Shown in pieces: positions 48,689-58,605 of a stretch of 64,000 nt of DNA. The stretch is from the NCBI GenBank assembly GCA_002167285.1, contig NHDG01000060.1, positions 6,208 through 70,207 on the forward strand, in the 5' to 3' direction. This stretch comes from Planctomycetia bacterium TMED53 (GTDB lineage Bacteria > Planctomycetota > UBA8108 > UBA1146). The notes beneath the pieces are model-generated. The model was not told the origin of the DNA and did no database searches. It was given only the letters and a program-made list of their open reading frames with translations. Made by a program: the position numbers and the translations under genes. The number at the start of each line of letters is the position of its first letter. Position 1 is the stretch's first letter.

Positions 48689-50491
48689 TCAAAAGTAGTA
48701 CTTGAATTGGATCGAAGAAAACCAACCGGAATCAGGATTTGTACCAAATGCATCTCCAGGTTGAAAAAATCCGACTTCAAATTCCATGTCCAGCTGATCG
48801 AAGACATCGTTCAATCCGATGACGAGATCGATTTCTGTACCCAACTCAGAGTCAATTCCGTTTGGGCTAATCTTGAGTCTGGATCTGCGTAGAAAGTCCG
48901 CCGGCTCTACTTGATTATACTGGTGAAAGGCAATATCTACGCTGGTGTTTTCCCTAGGCAAGAAGCCGGCACCAAGGGTGAGTATCGACATGTTCGATAG
49001 CTCGGGTCTCAGCAATACACCTAGATACCTGTAGGAAGAAATTCCAAAGTATCGGGAATTATTGTCCTGGTAGCCTGTTTGCCTAAAGTTGTTGTCTGTG
49101 CCATCGTCGGGATCGTCATCTCCTGATCCCCAAGCCCAGCCACCAAACACGTATGGTTTTCCCCACAAATCGCCAAATCTTCTGGCAGCTTTAAGGTCGA
49201 ACCCAAAGGCAGAGATTTCGTCAAATCCAGATACGCCGGCAACGTAGGCGGCGTCAGCCCACCAGCGCAAGTCTCCACCCATGGTTCTTCCGTGAGACTG
49301 CAAGCCGATGAAGAAAGGGGATTCATTGGGAAGTTGAACGGTCAATTCGGGGTCGAATTCGCGATCCTGAATTACATCAATAATATAAAGCGAATGTTGG
49401 GTTTTTGATTCTGGTCGATAGGTGCCAACCAATATGTGCTGGTGTCGATCCTTCAACTCGACAGGTGGATCTCCAAAAAATGTCGACCATGAAGCCTCAA
49501 CTGAGTAGGGGCCTTCTTCCCAAATCAAACGCACCGCATCCAGTGAGCTGTCGTAAAACCACTCTCTGCCTTCGTCAAAATCCATTCGTCCTATTTGAAG
49601 AGAAATGGGATAGCCACCGATGCCGCGTTGGAAGTAATACAGCTCTTCCAATCCAAGGTCTTCTTCAGAGAGGGTTACTGCTTCGTCATCTTCGTCAGTT
49701 GTCGAACTTTTTGATCGACCTTTTCCAAAAATGAAACGATCTTCGTCGATGGACCAAAGGGCTTGCAGCGAGATGGACCACTCTTTGTCGGTTCTATCTG
49801 CTTGATCTAAATCAGAGAGATCAAGGTTGTTGCGCTCTTCGAACTCATAGTAGAGCCTTCCGGCAAGTCCTAACCGACCGTCAAGATAGCTTCTGCGCGA
49901 ATTTGGTCTCCGCTCATCCCGGTCATACAAAGGCTTCGCAATTTTGCGAAATACTCCACCGGGTATTTCAGTGGAATTTCCAATCCGACAAGGGATTCCA
50001 TGAATGATGAGGATTGGGACACCATCTTCATCGATTTCTTGCGCTTCTACGTATCCCTCTAACTCCAAGAGCCCGATTTTTCTTTCTGAAGGTGAAGTCT
50101 CAACTTCAACTTCGATGGCTTTGAAAACCAATGGAGAAACAAATTCACCTTCAATTTCGACTCGCCAACCGATTTGAATCTCATCAAGTTCGTGCGATTC
50201 CTCATCATCTTCGGAGTCGTCGAAATCAGTTTCTTCATCGATGAGGATGGTGAAGGGGCCAACCTTCATCTGAGATTGGTCTGTGTAAACCGCATCGACA
50301 AATCCTTTGATCTCTAGATAGTCATCGTCTTCTTCCCGAACTAATTTGACGGCCTCAAGAACTTCGCCGTCGAATCTTCCATCTACTTCTACTCGGGTTC
50401 CCGCGGGGAACTGAATTTCATTCTTCGAATCGTCGGATTCTGCGGATTGCCCAAGAAGCAAAAATGTCACCAATATCATGTTGATGTTCAT
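48689..50491 (-). CDS. Outer-membrane beta-barrel of the alginate-export (AlgE-like) family with acidic N-terminal beta-rich periplasmic region
   Basis: Signal peptide MNINMILVTFLLLGQSAES (its ATG overlaps the upstream stop as ATGA). FRQTGYQDNN motif, alternating beta-strand pattern and C-terminal ...SSIQFKYYF (terminal Phe). Confidence 0.6.
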   Translation of the reverse strand: MNINMILVTFLLLGQSAESDDSKNEIQFPAGTRVEVDGRFDGEVLEAVKLVREEDDDYLEIKGFVDAVYTDQSQMKVGPFTILIDEETDFDDSEDDEESHELDEIQIGWRVEIEGEFVSPLVFKAIEVEVETSPSERKIGLLELEGYVEAQEIDEDGVPILIIHGIPCRIGNSTEIPGGVFRKIAKPLYDRDERRPNSRRSYLDGRLGLAGRLYYEFEERNNLDLSDLDQADRTDKEWSISLQALWSIDEDRFIFGKGRSKSSTTDEDDEAVTLSEEDLGLEELYYFQRGIGGYPISLQIGRMDFDEGREWFYDSSLDAVRLIWEEGPYSVEASWSTFFGDPPVELKDRHQHILVGTYRPESKTQHSLYIIDVIQDREFDPELTVQLPNESPFFIGLQSHGRTMGGDLRWWADAAYVAGVSGFDEISAFGFDLKAARRFGDLWGKPYVFGGWAWGSGDDDPDDGTDNNFRQTGYQDNNSRYFGISSYRYLGVLLRPELSNMSILTLGAGFLPRENTSVDIAFHQYNQVEPADFLRRSRLKISPNGIDSELGTEIDLVIGLNDVFDQLDMEFEVGFFQPGDAFGTNPDSGWFSSIQFKYYF

Positions 50492-51585
50492 TTGAAGACC
50501 CCTTGCCATTTCCCTGTTCCCATTAGTAACTCTTCCAGATCTTCTTCTATTTTTTGCAAGAGATCGGAAGGTCTTTGCCGACGTGAGTAAATCAGAAGCA
50601 ACCGTGCAAATGTAGACGCGGTCCAGGTCTTTAGTCTTTCACTTGGAATACCACTTTGCGCGAGCATATTCGAAATTCTGGAGGCGCATTCCAGCCAAGG
50701 GACTGGTAGTCCCTGAAGAGATCGCAGACGGAGATGAGCAATGATATTTCCTGCATCGAGGGCCGGATCAGAGATCGCCAGTAAGTCTAAGTCTAGAAGA
50801 GTTACTGTTGATTCTGATATCAAGACTTGCTTGTCGTGAAAATCCCTGTGGCAAACTACTGGTGGTATCTCATTTAAAGATTTCAAACGTTCGATCACCG
50901 TATCAACCAGCCTTTTTACACCAGTAGGGGGCGCAGCCAGAATTCTGTGAAAAACTTCGTCTCTTTTTTGTAAAATTTTAATCTCGTCTTTTGCTGAATG
51001 AGTGGGAAGAGTGTTATCAGCCTCACTCTTTGCCAACCAAGACAAGATGTCAACTATGCTATCGATGTGAGTGGAATCCCATTGCCCAGATTTCCACAAT
51101 TCATTGAGGCTTTTACCCTGGGCTTCTTTAACGGTGAGCACCAAATTTTTGTGGTCCCATTGAGTGATCTCTGGAATAGAAATCGAATTGTCTGGAGACT
51201 TTTTCGAGAGGTATTGCCAACGTTCGAGGACTTGGCGGTTCTTTCTGAACACTTTTGCGAAGCAATTGTCTCCTAGCCTGAAAATAGCGCGGCTCCCCAA
51301 GCGCCAAGCCAGTAGCTCCACGGAGATTCCATTTGTTATCCAATGATTAATCACTGAAGAAAGTGCCGGAAGTCTCCTGTCTTCAAGGGGGTGCTGTTCT
51401 TTGAGTTTTCCCTTTTCTGATAGGTGGTACCACTTTGTTGCGTTCTCTCCTGATTGCCCATGCAGGCAGTACCAGCCACCCTTTCGAGATTCTTCCACGC
51501 GGAGCCATGGCCCGGTGCTTTCAAGTGCATTGGCTAATTCAGGAATCAAGTGCTGGGTCCAAAGATCAGAATCTTGACTATTCAT
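50488..51585 (-). CDS. Aminoglycoside-phosphotransferase (APH)/choline-kinase-fold kinase, substrate unknown
   Basis: Catalytic loop CHRDFHDKQVLI and Mg-binding LLDLDLL. Confidence 0.6.
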   Translation of the reverse strand: MNSQDSDLWTQHLIPELANALESTGPWLRVEESRKGGWYCLHGQSGENATKWYHLSEKGKLKEQHPLEDRRLPALSSVINHWITNGISVELLAWRLGSRAIFRLGDNCFAKVFRKNRQVLERWQYLSKKSPDNSISIPEITQWDHKNLVLTVKEAQGKSLNELWKSGQWDSTHIDSIVDILSWLAKSEADNTLPTHSAKDEIKILQKRDEVFHRILAAPPTGVKRLVDTVIERLKSLNEIPPVVCHRDFHDKQVLISESTVTLLDLDLLAISDPALDAGNIIAHLRLRSLQGLPVPWLECASRISNMLAQSGIPSERLKTWTASTFARLLLIYSRRQRPSDLLQKIEEDLEELLMGTGKWQGVFK

Positions 51586-52903
51586 CTTTCAGACCCTCCA
51601 GCAATCTGAGGCAGCGATCAACAGCTGAGGTCAGTTCATCGGGCCATGTGGGTGATAAAGATCTGAACGGTTCAAATGCTTTACGCAAACAAGCCAGCGA
51701 CCTGCCGAGATTGATTTCACCTTCAGAGATCTTCTGTGGGGTGACAGATTGATACGAGTCGAGTAGATGAGTGACGACAGCTTCTGATACACCACTTGAG
51801 ATCAAATCTTCCATCAAATTTGCTAAATCAAAGCAAGCATAGCCTCTTCCAGCTCGATCAAAGTCGAGAAGGTACAAATCCTTGTCGTCAGACAGAATCT
51901 GTTTTTGATGGAGATCCCCATGTGCAAGAACTGAAGAATGAAGGCTTAAGGTTGGCAGCTTCTTCTTAAGTCGATTTGCAAGAGTCAAAAGATTGAATCG
52001 AACCTCTGGAAGTAGGCGAGATAGATCCTCAATCAGGATATCGACTTCCATGACCAAAACTTGAGGTGGAGAGTGGGTGGTAAGTTCTAATGGAATTTGG
52101 TGGAACTCATTGATTGCCTTCGCAGTATTTTCAATCAGTTCAGTAGAGCGTTCTGCACCAAAATCGGGGTGTTTGCCATCGATCCATTCATGGCCAAAGA
52201 TATTCATTGCTGGGCTTGTTCCTACAAACCTTGGTGTCTTAAAGTGGTTGCAGCCTTCTGTTGCATTGGAGATTGAAAGCGCCAAATTTTTGGATTGGGT
52301 AATCGACTTTCTATTCTCGATTTTCAAATGCAGTAGTTTACGAATTTTTAAGTCTTCTTGGAGGTTTCGTAACTTGAGCTTGGTTTGAAGTACTGCTCGC
52401 CTTCCGGGTTTATAAGCGATCAATTTGTGGCGAGTAAGGCTGCGTTGAAGTCTCCATTGGTCGTAGCTAATTGCACCCAGCATGGGTTCAATTAATCGTC
52501 GGAACCGATTGGGTTCAAAAATTCTTCTCAACTGAGGAATCTCTTCATCTCCTGGGAATGGCAAGCACACAGCCATCAATTCTTCATCGACGAATGGCTT
52601 TAAGTGGGCGGAGCTTGCGCCCAAATTTTTGGCCACTATCTTTTCGTGAAATTCCTTAGCTGAGGAGAGGGTCGAGAATAGACGAACGTTCATGCCTTGT
52701 GGAGGGGAATCAGCAGTTCCCGGTTCAGTCCCACTGATGAACAGTCTACACGACTCCGGTTTGTTACGCAGGTATCGGATGGAACTTGGCAGGTCTGGTA
52801 TGTCAAAGACCAGTCCGGATTTTTGCCACTCTTTCCAAGGCTCTCCGGAAAGAAATGACGAAAGACCCGGTGGTGCTTGTTTAGGTACTGGGAAACCACT
52901 CAT
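51578..52903 (-). CDS. APH-fold kinase with ~200-aa N-terminal extension, substrate unknown
   Basis: AHGDLHQKQILSD and LLDFDRAGRGYACFDLANL motifs. Confidence 0.6.
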   Translation of the reverse strand: MSGFPVPKQAPPGLSSFLSGEPWKEWQKSGLVFDIPDLPSSIRYLRNKPESCRLFISGTEPGTADSPPQGMNVRLFSTLSSAKEFHEKIVAKNLGASSAHLKPFVDEELMAVCLPFPGDEEIPQLRRIFEPNRFRRLIEPMLGAISYDQWRLQRSLTRHKLIAYKPGRRAVLQTKLKLRNLQEDLKIRKLLHLKIENRKSITQSKNLALSISNATEGCNHFKTPRFVGTSPAMNIFGHEWIDGKHPDFGAERSTELIENTAKAINEFHQIPLELTTHSPPQVLVMEVDILIEDLSRLLPEVRFNLLTLANRLKKKLPTLSLHSSVLAHGDLHQKQILSDDKDLYLLDFDRAGRGYACFDLANLMEDLISSGVSEAVVTHLLDSYQSVTPQKISEGEINLGRSLACLRKAFEPFRSLSPTWPDELTSAVDRCLRLLEGLKDE

Positions 52904-54744
52904 GAATTTCCTCCCAACAGCTTTCGTGGGAGTATTCTTTCGGTGATCTGACCACTCTTCAGAACTATTCTGGATTCAAAACTGGAGGTCAATTCTTCGT
53001 CATGGGATATGACAATCAAGGTTTTGCCTTTGAAGTCCTCTAGCAGCATTTGCTGAATCAAAGTTCTGCTTTCAGGATCAATCGCTGTGGTCGGTTCATC
53101 TAGGACGACAATGGGGGAGTTTCGCAGCAATACGGTGCTGAGTGTGAGTCTGCGCTTTTCACCTCCCGAAAGATCCTGGCCTCCCTCTGTAAGTTCTCGA
53201 TCCAAACCATCAGGATCATCGAGGAGGAAGTCGCATCTCGCTCGCTTTAACGCATCAATCATTTGTTCCTCTGAAGCGTCTGGCTTGTGGAATTGTAGGT
53301 GTTCCCGAACGCTGCCTGACAAGATGAAGCTCTCCTGTAACACGATGGAGAGTTGCTCTCTCATGCTTTTTAGTTCCCAATTTTTAATGGGAATGCCGTC
53401 GATTGAAATGTGTCCTTCATCTGGCTCGAAGAGTCGGAATAACAAAGCGGTCAATGTGGTCTTCCCTGAACCGTTGGGCCCAGTCAAAACCACATGCTCC
53501 CCTTCAGAAATATCAAGGTTCAAATTGTTGATGACCTTGCGATCGGGGTCTTCCGATTGGGTTTGATCTTCAGCGAGTGAAGTGGAGGTCGAGTGGTAGG
53601 AAAATGTCAAATTCCGAAATTGAATAGATCCTTTGAATGGCGGAGCCTCGACGGCATCAGGATGATCTGATTCTTCAGGATTGATCGTTAAAATTTCTGA
53701 TATTCGATCTGCACATGCCGCTGCTTTACCAATTTTTCCTGATAGTCGGGCTGCTTTTCGTAAAGGTTTCTGTAATGAACGAACATATGAAATGAAAACC
53801 AATAGATCCCCTGGTGTCATCGCTGCCCCGGCGAATTGAGGGGACTCTGAGCTGATCAACACCCGGTATGCTCCTGCCAGGAGAACTACCGATAGGCCCC
53901 CAGCAAAAATTAACTCTGTCCACCTAGAAAGGGCTGCTTGGAGCCTCGTTGCCCGGACACCCTGACGTAAGGAGGATCGATTTTTACGAGCAAACTTTCG
54001 AACTACTTCAGATTCACGCCCTAAAGTCTTAATCAACTTCAATGAGGACAAGCCCTCACCAGTCGTGAAAGCGATGTCGCCTTCATGTTCTCTTTGCTTT
54101 TTAGCGACTTTGGTAATTTTGACACTGAAGACTCTGGCCAATACGGTAATCAAAACCAGAACCACCAATGAAACCAATGAAAGTTGCCAATCGATCAGTC
54201 CCATCAATGCCAAGGTAACAACAGCCTGTAGAAGCCTTCCGAAAAAATCGATCAGTTCTGTAGAAAGCACATCCCTGAGCATCGGTACGTCGCCCGTGAT
54301 TCGTACCAATAGGTCTCCCAGCTTTTGGTCTCTGTGAAACCTCAATGAAAGGAGCAAGAGGTGGGAGTAAACACGCTTACGTAGTTTCATGATCATTCGC
54401 TGACCGGCAACTGCACTGGTTACAGTTCTGATATATCCGGCGATTCCTTGCCCCACTGAAATCAGAAGTACTGCGAGGCTGACGAATGCTAAGAATTGAA
54501 TTGGCTGGCTGGCAGGCCACTCTGGATTAATAAACGGGAGAGTGTCTGCATTTTTTGGCATCAGTAGGCCGTCGAAAATATACTTCACTGGCCATGGAGC
54601 TAGTAGAGCGAATCCGATTTCAAAAATTAGTGCAACAGAAGAGGCTCCAAGAAGGGGTGCTTGAGCCTTGAGAAGATCACCGTGTTTACCAGTGATCGTG
54701 CGCCAATCATGGAGACCTTTTTTTAAGGTAGTCGAGGCGCTCAT
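52900..54744 (-). CDS. ABC exporter, fused permease/ATPase (MsbA/PglK-like type I exporter)
   Basis: About 6 N-terminal TM helices. GPNGSGKTT (Walker A), LSGGEKRR (signature) and VVLDEPTTAID (Walker B). Confidence 0.85.
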   Translation of the reverse strand: MSASTTLKKGLHDWRTITGKHGDLLKAQAPLLGASSVALIFEIGFALLAPWPVKYIFDGLLMPKNADTLPFINPEWPASQPIQFLAFVSLAVLLISVGQGIAGYIRTVTSAVAGQRMIMKLRKRVYSHLLLLSLRFHRDQKLGDLLVRITGDVPMLRDVLSTELIDFFGRLLQAVVTLALMGLIDWQLSLVSLVVLVLITVLARVFSVKITKVAKKQREHEGDIAFTTGEGLSSLKLIKTLGRESEVVRKFARKNRSSLRQGVRATRLQAALSRWTELIFAGGLSVVLLAGAYRVLISSESPQFAGAAMTPGDLLVFISYVRSLQKPLRKAARLSGKIGKAAACADRISEILTINPEESDHPDAVEAPPFKGSIQFRNLTFSYHSTSTSLAEDQTQSEDPDRKVINNLNLDISEGEHVVLTGPNGSGKTTLTALLFRLFEPDEGHISIDGIPIKNWELKSMREQLSIVLQESFILSGSVREHLQFHKPDASEEQMIDALKRARCDFLLDDPDGLDRELTEGGQDLSGGEKRRLTLSTVLLRNSPIVVLDEPTTAIDPESRTLIQQMLLEDFKGKTLIVISHDEELTSSFESRIVLKSGQITERILPRKLLGGNS

Positions 54745-55898
54745 CGTATCGCCTCTACAGCTTTGAGGATCTGCTGGGCGCGCATTTTCCAGGTTGCATT
54801 ATTTAAGACCCAGTCTCTGCATTTCTTGCCCAAGTCCGGTTGCTGATCCAGTCGCGATAAAACCTTTTGTATTCCTTTGGCAAACTCAGCTGGGTTCCCA
54901 GGGGTGATCAGTGCTCCACGATCTTCTTTAATCAGTTCGGAGATTTGTCCGCGATCAGTGGCAACGACAGGCAGTCCACAGCTGAAGTACTCAAAGATTT
55001 TCAAAGGAGAGAACCAGAACTCATCCATCTGGGGATAAGGTGCGACGCCCAAATCGCAATGCCCCAGCCAGGATCCGACAGCGGAGTGAGGGATACTTCC
55101 TGTGAAATGAACCCTTCCTGAAAGCCCTTTGTTTTGGACACTGACTTCAAAGGCATGTTTTCCAGGTCCGTCGCCAATACATAAGAGGTGAGCATCAGAG
55201 CCGAGTTCTTTGACTAGAATTTCGAAAGAGTGAAGTAAATCGTCGATGCCGTGCCATGGCCTGAATGTTCCAGTGAAACCTATGAGTGGAACGTCATTCG
55301 GGGGGAGATTACTGGGTCGCTTCGAATCTGAAGGTTTAAAGACTTCTTGGTCAACTCCGTTGGGAACCAGTTCTACTCCCTCACTATGCCCACGTTCTGA
55401 TTCAACCCACTCTTTGATCTCTTTGGAGACACAGATGACGACATCGGATTCCCTTAGAAGAAGACGAGAGAGACCACTGGCAAGATTTTCATTCGCCAGT
55501 TGACGATATTTTTTTGATTCTAAAGCAAGAGGGCTATTCACTTCCAAGACGAATGGAACTTCGTGTTTCCTAGCGAGGTAAAGGCCTCCGGGGTGCCACA
55601 GGCTATATCGCTCATACACAAAGTCATGAACGGTTTCGACATTATCGAGGCGTGCTAGAAAAAGCCGGCTTTCCCTCTCTTCTACAGATTTATGTTTCTT
55701 GCGAGGGGGGAGTTCCATCTCATGTATCGGCACTCCTTCAAGTTCTGTTGCCTCGGGTCGAATGGTGTACAAATCACCACCCAATCCGAGTTGGCGGAAT
55801 GCCTTACAGATCGATGCCACATGAATGCTTGCGCCCTTTTGACCAGGAACGGGGATTCCGGGATCTGCGCAAATGTAGGTGAAGTTGCTCAGAGTCAT
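54741..55898 (-). CDS. Glycosyltransferase, GT4-like (GT-B fold)
   Basis: 385 aa. N-terminal GxxxPGQKGASIHV and a C-terminal E-x7-E-like region (SPLKIFEYFSCGLPVVATD). Confidence 0.7.
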   Translation of the reverse strand: MTLSNFTYICADPGIPVPGQKGASIHVASICKAFRQLGLGGDLYTIRPEATELEGVPIHEMELPPRKKHKSVEERESRLFLARLDNVETVHDFVYERYSLWHPGGLYLARKHEVPFVLEVNSPLALESKKYRQLANENLASGLSRLLLRESDVVICVSKEIKEWVESERGHSEGVELVPNGVDQEVFKPSDSKRPSNLPPNDVPLIGFTGTFRPWHGIDDLLHSFEILVKELGSDAHLLCIGDGPGKHAFEVSVQNKGLSGRVHFTGSIPHSAVGSWLGHCDLGVAPYPQMDEFWFSPLKIFEYFSCGLPVVATDRGQISELIKEDRGALITPGNPAEFAKGIQKVLSRLDQQPDLGKKCRDWVLNNATWKMRAQQILKAVEAIR

Positions 55899-55900
55899 CG

Positions 55901-57166
55901 TTATTCCCCGTGCAGGGCACTGCTTTCAAAGTGAGCCTTGAGAGTGCCAACATTTGTTGAAAGATTGAAAAGAGTCTCTGCTCTTTTTCGTGCTGAACCG
56001 ACTTCCCAATCTCCTGATTCCACACGGCTTTTGAGATTTTTGATTCCTTCAGCCATGGCTTTGGCATTCCCAGGTTCAACTAACTCGCCAGAGCCGTCAG
56101 CCAAGATCTCCGGACAACCTGTCAATGTTGTGGAGACCGCTGGTAGATCTAAAGCGAGAGACTCGAGGAGAACTGTGGGCAGGGCATCCATATTGCCGTC
56201 TGCGTCAGGGATGCAAGCGAGAGCCATCATGGTCGCTTCGGAGCAGCTTCTTCTTACTTCTTCGATAGGAAGGGCTCCTAAAAACTTTACGTGATTTTCA
56301 AGGCCGAGTCGCTGGCTCAAGTGAAGGAGGCTCTCTTGGTCTTCACCATCTCCGATGATGCTGACTTCCAAGTTCAATTCTTCATCTAATAGCATCCGCA
56401 CGGATTCAAGGAGCACGCCAAAACCCTTTTTGGGAACCAGGCGTCCGACACTGATGATTTTGATGGGATCTGCACTCAAAGGACTTCTATCAGTTGGAAC
56501 TTCAAAGAAATCCAAATTGATTCCGTTGTAGAGCTTTTTGACCTTTTCAGCATCGATACCAGGAGTGTGGTCGAGAATGTACTTACGATTAAAGTCACTG
56601 ACCGTGATCGCAAAGGCGGATTTTTCGGTCAGTTCCCGAAATAGATTTCTATTGACGGTTTCTCGGAAGATATCCTTTGCATGACATGTAAATGAAAATG
56701 GGATTCCGTAGAGAATGTTGACCAATGCGGCCATGCGGGTGGAAATCGTGGCGAAGTGCGCATGAAGATGCTGAACTCCTCGCGATTTCGCCAAAGCGCC
56801 GATCCAGAGAGCTCGCAAAAGCATGTCGAGCTCTTTAGGAATCGAATGTTCACGCAAGAAATCGACAGCTTTTTGCCAGCGGTCCATACTAGGAACTAAT
56901 CCGGGCGGCAATTTCGATAATTTGTCCCAGTAAGATTCAGGCTTTTCTCTAAGAACGTATTCGATGGTGAGTTTGAGCTCGCTGAGGCTCCCGTGGAAAC
57001 GACCATCCCCTGGGGGCATTAGGCTGAAGACCTCAACTTCGACACCTTGTCGTTCAAGTTCAAGAATTTCATTCAAAATGAAAGTCTCTGACAACCTTGG
57101 AAACATTTTCAGAATGTAACCAACCTTGAGAGAGTGTTTAGGCTCTGAGGAGCTTTCCTTCGACAT
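55901..57166 (-). CDS. Glycosyltransferase, GT4-like (WcaL-type N-terminus)
   Basis: VGYILKMFPRLSETFILNEILELERQG resembles the WcaL-like family. C-terminal ..LLESLALDLPAVST. The start at MSKESS (57166) is chosen to limit overlap. The track ORF extends to 57283. Confidence 0.7.
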   Translation of the reverse strand: MSKESSSEPKHSLKVGYILKMFPRLSETFILNEILELERQGVEVEVFSLMPPGDGRFHGSLSELKLTIEYVLREKPESYWDKLSKLPPGLVPSMDRWQKAVDFLREHSIPKELDMLLRALWIGALAKSRGVQHLHAHFATISTRMAALVNILYGIPFSFTCHAKDIFRETVNRNLFRELTEKSAFAITVSDFNRKYILDHTPGIDAEKVKKLYNGINLDFFEVPTDRSPLSADPIKIISVGRLVPKKGFGVLLESVRMLLDEELNLEVSIIGDGEDQESLLHLSQRLGLENHVKFLGALPIEEVRRSCSEATMMALACIPDADGNMDALPTVLLESLALDLPAVSTTLTGCPEILADGSGELVEPGNAKAMAEGIKNLKSRVESGDWEVGSARKRAETLFNLSTNVGTLKAHFESSALHGE

Positions 57167-58430
57167 CGTAATCTTCTTTCCGAACTCGATTCTGTTGTTG
57201 GGTAAGGACGTCCTCGACCCTGGAGAGGAAGTTTCCGATTCCATCCATGCACAGCCCTGCTTCCTCTGCAGAAGGCGGCTCATGAATATCTAAAGACTCT
57301 TGAATCGTTTTCTTCAACAAGTGGGGAGACAGATCTTCAGGGTGGATGACCTTCAAGAGGTTTAACTCAGAAAACTTTGAGGCCCGAAGCCATTGCTCCA
57401 TACGTGGCTTGACTCTGGGGACGATGATGGTGGGTTTACGAACAGCGATCGCTTCCAATGTAGCGTTGTAACCACCCATTGAGACGATGGCGTCTGCGGA
57501 CCGTAAATGGTCCTCTAGGTGCGTTGTGAATCGTAAGATTTCAAGATTACGACAGCCCTGGAAGCGGTTGATGAGTGCTCGGGCAACCGATCGATCCATA
57601 TGTGGACCGGTGATCAGTGTCCCCAGGAATTTCTCAGGATTTTTGCCTAGAGCTTCAAGAAAAGTCGATCCCAGTGGAGTGCCATCTTCGCCACCTCCTG
57701 CGACGCAAACGATCTTCTTTTGGGAAGGGAACTTTCTCCGCAACGAGTTGAGGATCTCTTGATCCAAGGGGTTGGGTCTAATTCGACGGAGATATCCCAG
57801 GTAATCGATGCGTTCTCGAGTCTTCGGGGTGAGATTGTAAAGGCCTCCCAGATCGAAGATTTCCCGGTTGCCGTATACCCAAATATGATCGTAAAGAGAT
57901 TCAACGAGAAGATTGCTACCAGATCTCTTCCAACTCTCTTGAACAGATTGGCTTTCGTCAATGATGTCGCGCAGCCCTATCGCGAGTTGAGTTCCTCGTG
58001 ACTTGAGATCGGCGAGAAGCGGGACCAGTTCTCCAGTTAGACCTGTCGGGACATGATCGACAACGAGTAGATCAGGATCGAATGAAAGGAGTTCTCTTCT
58101 GATTTTGTCGCGTCTGCGTTCAAGGGCTGACAAAAGATCTAGTTGCGGATTTCGAGGGATATACCTGCCCTCTTCATCCTTTGTGACTGGCTCCATGAGG
58201 ACGAGTCGAGTATTCGCTGGGAGTTGGAAGAAGCTTGCCTTAGGCGATCCAGTAAGAAGTAAAATCTCAACATTGTCGAGGTGCTCTTGGACCCGATGCG
58301 CCAAGAGTAGGCAGCGTCGAAAATGCCCAAGCCCAAATCCGTCATGGCTGTAGAGAGCCAATCTACGGGGCTGGGGGGGGGTCACCCCTCGCAATTGGGA
58401 AATTGTGTCTTCACCCAAGTTCATCGACAT
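57138..58430 (-). CDS. Glycosyltransferase of the GT28-C-terminal/COG4671-like type (first gene of the operon)
   Basis: LALYSHDGFGLGHFRRCLLLAHRV N-terminus and C-terminal ..SMGGYNATLEAIA. Carries a C9 homopolymer at codons 17-20. Confidence 0.6.
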   Translation of the reverse strand: MSMNLGEDTISQLRGVTPPQPRRLALYSHDGFGLGHFRRCLLLAHRVQEHLDNVEILLLTGSPKASFFQLPANTRLVLMEPVTKDEEGRYIPRNPQLDLLSALERRRDKIRRELLSFDPDLLVVDHVPTGLTGELVPLLADLKSRGTQLAIGLRDIIDESQSVQESWKRSGSNLLVESLYDHIWVYGNREIFDLGGLYNLTPKTRERIDYLGYLRRIRPNPLDQEILNSLRRKFPSQKKIVCVAGGGEDGTPLGSTFLEALGKNPEKFLGTLITGPHMDRSVARALINRFQGCRNLEILRFTTHLEDHLRSADAIVSMGGYNATLEAIAVRKPTIIVPRVKPRMEQWLRASKFSELNLLKVIHPEDLSPHLLKKTIQESLDIHEPPSAEEAGLCMDGIGNFLSRVEDVLTQQQNRVRKEDYDVEGKLLRA

Positions 58431-58470
58431 GCCTCTCGTGACCCACTATGAAATGGTCAGAGAAATAACC

Positions 58471-58485
58471 GCAAATCAAATACCA
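58471..58485 (-). promoter_or_regulatory. Candidate sigma54 (-24/-12) promoter: TGGTAT-N5-TTGC
   Basis: The minus strand reads TGGTATTTGATTTGCG. GG and GC show the canonical 12-nt G-to-G register, 41 nt upstream of the ATG at 58430. A sigma54-dependent activator gene lies immediately upstream. Confidence 0.4.
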
Positions 58486-58605
58486 TAAAGAAGGTATCGT
58501 GGGGGGGGCTTAATGGGAGCTTGCATGTTTTTTGTAAGTCGTTATTTTTAAATGAGATACGTGAATCGAATAGGGCGGGGAGACGGAGCCGAGAAGGGTT
58601 TTGGG

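Noticed and set aside
58509-58527. TTGCAT preceded by GGGAGC on the plus strand, which looks a little like a -12 element
   Set aside because: The GG-to-GC spacing is 8 nt rather than 12, and it points toward the regulator's 3' end, where there is no plus-strand gene.
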